64,000 nucleotides of DNA, taken from assembly GCA_021773235.1 (NCBI GenBank), contig JAJFKL010000045.1, positions 12,150 to 76,149 of the forward strand, read 5' to 3'. Of this stretch, positions 26,625-34,097 are shown piece after piece. The first letter of the stretch is position 1; the number at the start of each line of letters is the position of its first letter. The notes beneath the pieces are model-generated. The model saw only the letters and a list, made by a program, of their open reading frames with translations. It made no database searches and was not told where the DNA came from. A program made the position numbers and the translations under genes. This stretch comes from Gammaproteobacteria bacterium (GTDB lineage: Bacteria > Pseudomonadota > Gammaproteobacteria > Eutrophobiales > Eutrophobiaceae).

Positions 26625-26825
26625 ATGGCAACAGGAACAGTAAAGTGGTTTAACGAATCTAAAGGTTTTGGTTTTATTACTCAGGATGACGGCGGCGCTG
26701 ACGTATTCGTACATTTCAATGCGATACAAGGTACCGGATTCAAAACCTTGAACGAAGGACAAAAGGTAAACTATGACGTTGAGGACAGCCCTAAAGGCCT
26801 CCAGGCAACTAACGTTTCCGCGTAA
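26625..26825 (+). CDS. CspA-family cold-shock protein
   Basis: [31 protein letters not shown] carries the RNP1/RNP2 motifs. Track ORF trimmed to the ATG at 26625, which has an AGGTGA Shine-Dalgarno. Long upstream leader, as is typical for csp genes. Confidence 0.95.
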   Translation: MATGTVKWFNESKGFGFITQDDGGADVFVHFNAIQGTGFKTLNEGQKVNYDVEDSPKGLQATNVSA

Positions 26826-26856
26826 GTAATACCTAATCGGATAAACCGATATAAAG

Positions 26857-26886
26857 AACCCCGTTTCGACGGGTTTCTTTTTTTTT
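26857..26886 (+). terminator. Rho-independent terminator after the csp gene
   Basis: AACCCCGT-TTCG-ACGGGTTT hairpin followed by a run of T (CTTTTTTTTT). Confidence 0.75.
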
Positions 26887-26933
26887 GGGTTTATTTGCAA
26901 TAACAACTTCAATACTCCGAAAGGGGAAAAGAA

Positions 26934-27194
26934 TTGAAAAAATTATTTATTGGCAATTTAGCCCCAAGTACAAAAGAACAAGAACTTGAAGACCTGTTCT
27001 CGGAATTTGGTAAAGTTCGATCACTGAAACTTGTGACAGATGTATTTTCTGGTCAGTGTAAAGGTTTTGGTTTTATTGAAATGGAAGGCCACGAAGCACG
27101 TGCAGCTATTGCTGGGTTGAATGGCAAAGACTTTAACGGTAAGCAGTTGAAAGTTAACTTTGAAGTCATTAAACCAGGACGCGGGCGCCGTTAA
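26934..27194 (+). CDS. RRM-type RNA-binding protein
   Basis: 86 aa. RNP2 LFIGNL and RNP1 KGFGFIEM. TTG start preceded by AAAGGGGAAAAG. Basic GRGRR tail. Confidence 0.85.
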   Translation: MKKLFIGNLAPSTKEQELEDLFSEFGKVRSLKLVTDVFSGQCKGFGFIEMEGHEARAAIAGLNGKDFNGKQLKVNFEVIKPGRGRR

Positions 27195-27268
27195 GCATTA
27201 GTACTGGGGCGACCACCGTCTCTGTCTATAATACATGTGGTGATTCCTGCAATACTGGAATCACTCAC

Positions 27269-27748
27269 TCATTTTCTAAGCAATAATTTTTCGTCAATCG
27301 CAATAAATTTAGTTGCTTGTTTCATTAACAAATCCGATGTTAATTCAGGCACGCCATAAACTTCAGCTTTGGTATTAAAACGTTTTTTGATTCGTTGTAA
27401 TAATATATCGAAATCACCATCCCCTGAAGCCAATATTACAGTGTCACAGTTTTCTGCTTCTTCAAAAACATCTAACGCAATGCCTACATCCCAATCTGCT
27501 TTTGCTGTTCCGTCAAGACGTTGCAACATGGGTTTTAGTTTTACAGTAAAACCTATCGCACGCAGTATATTCTGAAATTGCTTCTGCTTTTCATCTCCAC
27601 GATCTGTTGCATACGCAAACGCCTTTATAATTTCACGCTCACTAGTAACTTCTGCCCAAAACTTATTGTAATCAAAACTGCATTGGTGCGCCTGCCGACA
27701 CGTGTAGTAGATATTTTGTACATCAACAAAAATACTAATTTTTTCCAA
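27269..27748 (-). CDS. NYN/LabA-like (PIN-fold) domain protein
   Basis: 159 aa. IFVDVQNIYY ... ILASGDGDFDILLQRIK is the pattern of LabA/DUF88 NYN domains. Confidence 0.8.
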   Translation of the reverse strand: MEKISIFVDVQNIYYTCRQAHQCSFDYNKFWAEVTSEREIIKAFAYATDRGDEKQKQFQNILRAIGFTVKLKPMLQRLDGTAKADWDVGIALDVFEEAENCDTVILASGDGDFDILLQRIKKRFNTKAEVYGVPELTSDLLMKQATKFIAIDEKLLLRK

Positions 27749-27900
27749 TATTACACCTGCCGTTTATACTCATAGATGAGTGATATTATTGCACGCCTGA
27801 TTCCAGCCATACTCTCACAGCTTCATTGGCTAAACCATATTAATTTATTTAGTCAGAAATTATTCTGATTGAGGATAAGGTAATTAACATTTATTATATA

Positions 27901-27914
27901 TTGATATCGATCAA
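27901..27914 (+). promoter_or_regulatory. Perfect FNR/Dnr box TTGAT-ATCG-ATCAA upstream of the MlaC-like/RND/cytochrome c' operon
   Basis: 10/10 match, read directly. -10-like CATTAT/TATTAA lies about 31-34 bp downstream. The ATG is at 27973. Confidence 0.65.
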
Positions 27915-27972
27915 CATTAATTTTTGACAATAGCTCATTATTAAATGATGGCATTAATGGAGGAAAAATAAT

Positions 27973-28578
27973 ATGAAAAAACGATATTACAAGAACTTAC
28001 AAATTGTTATTTTCTTATATTTCATCTCACATATTAGTGTAGCTATTGGATTGACAGCCGATGAAATTGTCTATGAAACAACTCAGGAAGTTCTAAATCG
28101 ACTTGAAGCTGATAAAGATCGATTGCAGGCAGAAAAAAAATACATAAAGGTAATTGTTCGTGAATTAATTATGCCGCATATGGACTTCAAGACTATGTCA
28201 GCTCTGGCTCTAGGGGGCAACTGGGTGATATTAAATGGCGGCAAACAAGCTTGCTTAAGCCGTGGCTTTAAGAATTTATTAGTCGAACGCTACGCACACG
28301 TTCTATTGAGTTATCGTGATCATAATATTTATTATCAAACTGCCAAACCTATTGGTGAGAAAGACTATGTCTCTGTGATTCAAACATTAACCCGTTCTGA
28401 AACCAAGTCTTCAACAATAGAATACCGTATGCACCCTGATGGTGATAGCTGGAAAGTAGCAGACCTTCTTATAGATGATGTGAGTCTTATCAGAAGCTAT
28501 AGAAAAATATTTCATAAAGAAATAAAACAAGATGGACTTGTAGACTTTATTAAAAGTTTTAAGGAATGTAGTTCATAA
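27973..28578 (+). CDS. MlaC/Ttg2D-family periplasmic lipid-binding protein
   Basis: 201 aa. Signal peptide. ELIMPHMDFKTMSALALGGNW ... FKNLLVERYAHVLLSY is the pattern of the toluene-tolerance/MlaC family. Confidence 0.75.
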   Translation: MKKRYYKNLQIVIFLYFISHISVAIGLTADEIVYETTQEVLNRLEADKDRLQAEKKYIKVIVRELIMPHMDFKTMSALALGGNWVILNGGKQACLSRGFKNLLVERYAHVLLSYRDHNIYYQTAKPIGEKDYVSVIQTLTRSETKSSTIEYRMHPDGDSWKVADLLIDDVSLIRSYRKIFHKEIKQDGLVDFIKSFKECSS

Positions 28579-28617
28579 CACTATAGTTCTCCTGATAGAC
28601 GTATTTATATAAAGTCT

Positions 28618-31092
28618 ATGCCTGTGAAATTTTCGTATATATATAACCGTCTCATACTAAATAATCCTGTTGCGGTTATTCTTATATCTCTGTGCCTCGT
28701 AGCTGTTTCACTCTTTTATTCTTTTAACTTTGAGCTTGATGCATCAGGTGAGTCACTTGTATTAGAGAATGATACGAGCTTGAATTACTACCGCCAAATA
28801 AGTCAAAAATACGCTTCGGACGACTTTATCGTTATTGCATTCAAACCAACCACAAAACTTTTGTCAAAACAGTCTATTAACACTGTTCGTAGCTTACGCG
28901 ATGAACTATTAGAACTCGACAATATAGAATCCGTTAGTTCGATCCTTGATGTGCCTATTATTTATGAATCTGGATTAAAACTATCAGATATCGCAGGTGA
29001 ATTGCAGTCACTTGATTCTCCAAATATAAATTATGACGTCGCATATAAGGAATTCAAATCAAACCCACTCTACAAAGAGTTGATTGTCAGTAAAGACGGG
29101 GCAACAACTGCATTACAAGCCTTATTTAAAAGAGATCCTGGATACGATGCATTATTAAACCGACGCCAACAGTTACAATCATCAACTCATACTTTATCTA
29201 ATAGTGAAATAATTGAACTTGATGAGATAAAACAAAAAATAAAAAACAGGAACAAATTTCTTGCTGAAGTTCGTGAGCAGGATATTAAGCAAATACGCGA
29301 AATAATTGAACGACAACAAGATCAAGGAGAATTATATCTGGGCGGGATACCTATGATCACGGTTGACATGATTCAATTTATTAAACATGACCTGATTGTC
29401 TTTGGTAGCGGTGTATTCTTATTTCTAATCTTAATTCTTTCTCTGTTCTTCCATAAAGTTCGTTGGGTATTATTACCCATGTTGATATGCGCCATTACAG
29501 GCTTAAGCTCAATAGGTTTTATGGGGTTCAGCGGATGGGCGATAACGGTTATATCATCAAACTTCTTATCTATCTTGTTAATTATCACCTTGTCACTAAC
29601 GATTCATCTCATTGTACGTTATAGAGATTTACAATTAACACATCCAACGTCAACAAATAAAGAATTAATTCAACTAACAACTGCCTCAATGGCGCGTCCT
29701 TGCTTTTATACAATACTGACAACGGCTGTTGCATTTGCCTCTTTGGTTGTAAGTGAAATCAGACCGGTAATTGATTTTGGCTGGATTATGGTGATAGGCC
29801 TGAGCATAGCATTTATTGTGAGTTTTACTGTTATGCCAGCATGCTTAACTCTACTTGGCGGAACTGAAACACCTTCTCAAAACGACAGAACAAAAGCCAT
29901 TACATTATATCTCGCTAGATTGGTACATCAAAAGCCAGCTTCTATAATTATTACTTCATTAGTTCTAATGCTTTCTATTGGTTATGGCATTTCAATGCTA
30001 GAAGTAGAAAATAGGTTTATAAATAATTTCAAATCTGATACTGAAATTTATCAAGGCATGAAATTAATTGATAATGAATTAGGTGGCACGATGCCTTTGG
30101 ACATCATTATTGACCCTGATACGTCTTTTATAGAGATGAGAGATGAACTCGCAGCTGAAACTAATGAGTTGGATGATTTATTTTTTGATGAAGCGGGGGA
30201 GTTATCTGAGCCTAATTATTGGTTAAACCCAACTATGCTGGATAAGGCAAAGTCATTGCATGAATACCTGGAGTCACATTCTGTTATAGGGAAGGTAATT
30301 TCAATTGTTACGTCATTAAGTATTGTTGAAAAATTAAACGGTGCGCCCTTTGATGAATTTGAATTAGCCTTAGTACGAAAACGCATTCCAGAGTCTATTG
30401 CTGGCGATCTTGTAAGTCCCTATCTATCAGATGATTCTAATCAATTACGTTTCAGTATACGTATCATTGAATCTGATCCAGGTTTAAATCGAAAAGCATT
30501 ATTGAATAATATTTATAATTACCTAATCGACGATTTAGAATTTGAAAATAATCAAGTACATTTGACAGGGATGATGGTGCTTTATAACAATATGTTGCAA
30601 AGCCTCTATCGCTCACAAATCTTAACCATAGGCGCTGTTTTTACTGCTATTCTAATAATGTTCATTATTTTATTCAGAAACATGCATCTTGCATTAATTG
30701 CCATAATTCCTAACATATTTTCAGCCATATTAATTCTTGGGATTATGGGTTGGGCTGGTGTACCACTAGACATGATGACGATAACAATCGCTGCAATAAC
30801 AATTGGTATTTCCGTTGATAATACCATTCATTATTTACACCGCTTACAACACGAATATCCACTTTGCCACGACTATGAAGAAGCTATCAACCTCTGTCAT
30901 GGCAGTATTGGGAAAGCGATGTACTACACATCTATTGCAATTATGTTTGGCTTTGCATTACTTTCATTTTCAAATTTTATCCCGACAATATACTTTGGGC
31001 TACTCACCAGTTTTGCCATGTTTGTAGCTTTAATTGGTGATTTATTATTATTGCCCGCGATTGTATTAGTCATGAAACCAAAGATCGTATGA
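28618..31092 (+). CDS. RND/MMPL-superfamily exporter (HpnN-like putative lipid transporter)
   Basis: 824 aa. 1+5 TM / large loop / 1+5 TM architecture with two periplasmic loops, a duplicated sterol-sensing-like bundle, and the GxSxDNxIH motif (GISVDNTIHY). Confidence 0.85.
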   Translation: MPVKFSYIYNRLILNNPVAVILISLCLVAVSLFYSFNFELDASGESLVLENDTSLNYYRQISQKYASDDFIVIAFKPTTKLLSKQSINTVRSLRDELLELDNIESVSSILDVPIIYESGLKLSDIAGELQSLDSPNINYDVAYKEFKSNPLYKELIVSKDGATTALQALFKRDPGYDALLNRRQQLQSSTHTLSNSEIIELDEIKQKIKNRNKFLAEVREQDIKQIREIIERQQDQGELYLGGIPMITVDMIQFIKHDLIVFGSGVFLFLILILSLFFHKVRWVLLPMLICAITGLSSIGFMGFSGWAITVISSNFLSILLIITLSLTIHLIVRYRDLQLTHPTSTNKELIQLTTASMARPCFYTILTTAVAFASLVVSEIRPVIDFGWIMVIGLSIAFIVSFTVMPACLTLLGGTETPSQNDRTKAITLYLARLVHQKPASIIITSLVLMLSIGYGISMLEVENRFINNFKSDTEIYQGMKLIDNELGGTMPLDIIIDPDTSFIEMRDELAAETNELDDLFFDEAGELSEPNYWLNPTMLDKAKSLHEYLESHSVIGKVISIVTSLSIVEKLNGAPFDEFELALVRKRIPESIAGDLVSPYLSDDSNQLRFSIRIIESDPGLNRKALLNNIYNYLIDDLEFENNQVHLTGMMVLYNNMLQSLYRSQILTIGAVFTAILIMFIILFRNMHLALIAIIPNIFSAILILGIMGWAGVPLDMMTITIAAITIGISVDNTIHYLHRLQHEYPLCHDYEEAINLCHGSIGKAMYYTSIAIMFGFALLSFSNFIPTIYFGLLTSFAMFVALIGDLLLLPAIVLVMKPKIV

Positions 31093-31111
31093 AACTATTC
31101 TTAGCCTTAGA

Positions 31112-31573
31112 ATGAACAGAAACTTTTATATTTTCATAAGCTTCCTTATCTGTCTGATGAGTACACCTACAGCTCATTCAGAAAGCGACTTGCCAATATC
31201 ACCTGAGAAATTAGAGTTCCATGTTGTTTACAGCGAAGGCTTACGCGATATCATGCGGCGATTAAATCAATTGGTTTATAAAAAAGAATTGAGTGATCTA
31301 AATAAAAATGAGTTACGTAATCAACATCTGGAAGAGTTAGTTTATACCGTTAATGAGTTAGGTTTTGCTGCAATAGTTTTGCAAGAAGCGTTGTCTGGTT
31401 TTGATTTAAGTACAGAAGAAAAAGACATTTTTCATGCACTCGCCATACAACTGCAAAAAGAAGCCGAAAATATTAAAGAAATGGCCGAACAAAATGATAC
31501 GGTTAATATGGAACGTTCTTATAAGCGACTAAATGACACATGTGCTGCTTGTCATGAACTGTTTCGGTTCTAA
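31112..31573 (+). CDS. Class II (four-helix-bundle) c-type cytochrome, cytochrome c'-like
   Basis: 153 aa. Signal peptide, helical sequence, and a single CAACHELFRF haem motif at the extreme C-terminus. Confidence 0.7.
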   Translation: MNRNFYIFISFLICLMSTPTAHSESDLPISPEKLEFHVVYSEGLRDIMRRLNQLVYKKELSDLNKNELRNQHLEELVYTVNELGFAAIVLQEALSGFDLSTEEKDIFHALAIQLQKEAENIKEMAEQNDTVNMERSYKRLNDTCAACHELFRF

Positions 31574-31600
31574 TTTAAAGTTAATATTGGTGATATATAT

Positions 31601-32335
31601 TTACCAATCCTCAAGCGCAGTGCGAAGGTCAACCTCGAATGTCCAGCCTGTTTTTGGCTGTTGATATAAAAATTCATAAGCATCGACAATGCTCTCGATA
31701 TTTATCATTCCTTCTTCGCCTAATTTATCAGCATAGTCACTAAAATTGATATTGGCTTTTTCACCATTTATTAAACCATCTATAACAACATGTCCAACGT
31801 GAATACCCTCTTGTCCGACTTCTTTAGCCATAGCTTGAGCAAGCGTCCTTAGTGCTGCTTTAGATGCATTAAAAGCTGAAAACCCAGCACGACCACGTAA
31901 GGAAGCACTGGCGCCTGTATACAAGATTGTACCCGCACGGTTGGTTTGCATATGCCGAATAGCTTCTCGGCCAAATAAAAACCCACCAAAACAACATGAC
32001 TGCCATGCCTTTTCAAAATAATCAGCTTCCATGTCGATAATACGTCCTGGAAAATTATTCCCAACATTATAAATTGCTACGTTAACAGAACCTATTTCAT
32101 TAGCAGTATTAAACAGCTTGTTGATTTGAGACTCATCGGTGCAATCGGTTACAAGTGCCGTGGCCATACCACCATTTGTCTCAATGGCAGAAACTACATT
32201 CTCTAATTTAGATTGTGTACGTCCGGCTACGACAACATGCCTGCCTAATGAAGCAAATCGTTTGCAAAGCGCACCACCCAATCCATTCTCGGGACCAACG
32301 CCGATGATGATCGCAGTATCCATTAATTTATCCAT
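31601..32335 (-). CDS. Short-chain dehydrogenase/reductase (SDR)
   Basis: 244 aa. Gly-rich nucleotide motif IIGVGPENGLGGA and catalytic S...YxxxK-like region (ASASL...FNASKAAL). Confidence 0.85.
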   Translation of the reverse strand: MDKLMDTAIIIGVGPENGLGGALCKRFASLGRHVVVAGRTQSKLENVVSAIETNGGMATALVTDCTDESQINKLFNTANEIGSVNVAIYNVGNNFPGRIIDMEADYFEKAWQSCCFGGFLFGREAIRHMQTNRAGTILYTGASASLRGRAGFSAFNASKAALRTLAQAMAKEVGQEGIHVGHVVIDGLINGEKANINFSDYADKLGEEGMINIESIVDAYEFLYQQPKTGWTFEVDLRTALEDW

Positions 32336-32479
32336 TCGTTAAGTTAGGAATAAGGAATATAACCGTGTTAATGATAAATGTTAAGGTGCGCAGCCTGAGT
32401 ATCATCAAATTTAATTACCAAACTGAACTGTTTACGAGTTAATATATTTGCTACGAATTAGAGTCACGGGAAAATAAAG

Positions 32480-33808
32480 ATGAATACAAATACAGATTCT
32501 AAAACTATTGGCCGTTATAAAATCGAAGAGCAGATCGGCGAAGGGACATATGGCGTTGTTTATCGGGGCCAAGATCCGCTATTGAAAAGAGACGTTGCTA
32601 TTAAGGTTCCAAAAATTGACACGAACTCACCTGAAATAACATTTGAATTGGGAAAATCATTCTATAACGAGGCTCAGATTGCGGGAAATTTTACCCACAC
32701 GAACATTACCACGGTTTTCGATGTCGGTAGAGATAATGGAATAGACTATCTTGTTATGGAGCTCGTGCCAGGACGACCTCTGGATGATTACTTTAGTACT
32801 TCAGGTATTGAGGACGTAGAGGAATGTCTTGATATCATTTATAAATGTTGTGTAGCTTTAGATTTCGTTCATTATCACGGCATCATTCACCGCGACATCA
32901 AGCCGGGCAATATAATGTATAACCGACCTCAAGGCCTGGTGAAATTAACAGATTTTAGTATTTCCCATTTTCTGGAATCCAAAGAACATGTCAAACAAGC
33001 TGGCACGCTTGCGTATATGGCACCTGAACATTTTCTTGAAGCACGCGATATATCTATCCTGACCGATATCTTTGCATTGGGATGTACCATGTACAAAATG
33101 TTGGCGGGAAAAGTACCCTTCAAAGGTAATAAAGCAGAAGAGTTAGTCAACAATATCCTGCATGAAACTCCCTCTCCATTGTGGGGATTTAGAAAAGACG
33201 TATCAAAAGAGGTTTCAGCCATCGTAGATAAAGCAATGGCGAAAAAAGATGAAGACCGATATCAATCCGCATTGGATTTTGCTGCTGATCTTAAAATCGC
33301 TCATAACAATCTGATACTTGAGAGAACCAAACAAACAGCGACCGTAACATGGCCACCTGAATTAGAGTACTACACTAAATTTAGGCAAAATGACTGGTTT
33401 CGTTATTTTTCTCCTGATCAGATACAACAATTATTGCAAATCGGTTCCGTTAAAGAAGTCGGAGACGCTCAACCCATCATTACCGAAGGAGAAGCCAGTA
33501 AGGAATTCTTTTTACTGATAGAGGGCCAAGTAATGGTGATGAAAAAGGGTGTTAATATCAGCTTACTTGAGAGCGGCTCCTGTTTTGGTGATACAAGCTT
33601 ACTTGGCGAATCGACTCAACGTACCGCCAGTGTCAAAGCTGTAGGCTATGTAATTCTTTGGAATATAGATTCAGATAAAATAGATAAATTGTCGGCAGAG
33701 AACCGTTCGTCTCTGTACAAGACTCTTTTGGGTGTTTCTATGGAACGGCTTGAAGAACTGACTGGGGATGTAGCTACCTTTATAGGCGATTCTGATTTGC
33801 AGATATAA
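32480..33808 (+). CDS. Hanks-type Ser/Thr protein kinase fused to a C-terminal cyclic-nucleotide-binding domain
   Basis: 442 aa. GEGTYGVVY, AIK, HRDIKPGN, DFS and GTLAYMAPE kinase motifs. C-terminal FFLLIEGQV...GSCFGDTSLL...RTASVKA is a cNMP fold. Confidence 0.85.
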   Translation: MNTNTDSKTIGRYKIEEQIGEGTYGVVYRGQDPLLKRDVAIKVPKIDTNSPEITFELGKSFYNEAQIAGNFTHTNITTVFDVGRDNGIDYLVMELVPGRPLDDYFSTSGIEDVEECLDIIYKCCVALDFVHYHGIIHRDIKPGNIMYNRPQGLVKLTDFSISHFLESKEHVKQAGTLAYMAPEHFLEARDISILTDIFALGCTMYKMLAGKVPFKGNKAEELVNNILHETPSPLWGFRKDVSKEVSAIVDKAMAKKDEDRYQSALDFAADLKIAHNNLILERTKQTATVTWPPELEYYTKFRQNDWFRYFSPDQIQQLLQIGSVKEVGDAQPIITEGEASKEFFLLIEGQVMVMKKGVNISLLESGSCFGDTSLLGESTQRTASVKAVGYVILWNIDSDKIDKLSAENRSSLYKTLLGVSMERLEELTGDVATFIGDSDLQI

Positions 33809-33857
33809 TTAAATTTGATGGGTCAGATAGGTTTTAAAATAAGCTTGAAAGCCTTTG

Positions 33858-33877
33858 AAATGGCGCGCCCGGAAGGA
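33858..33877 (-). repeat. Direct repeat of the tRNA-Arg 3' end (att-like), partner at 36843..36862
   Basis: AAATGGCGCGCCCGGAAGGA is identical at both sites. The last 17 nt are the 3' T-stem, acceptor and CCA of tRNA-Arg. Confidence 0.7.
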
Positions 33878-34097
33878 CAGAACTGGGCACTGGATTGAAC
33901 GCCTAAAACTGCCAGCTTAGCCAAATTCAACAAATTTTTGCTTCTGAATGGCCGCAACCCAATGCAGCCTATAGTTAATTAATGTAAACATCACCCTGTC
34001 CAGCGGAAGCGGCCGTTGAGTATTTCAATTAAGTTGGTACTAATTGTTTAAAAGTGGACATTATAGGTTGACTAGTATCTCTATCTATTTGGATAGA

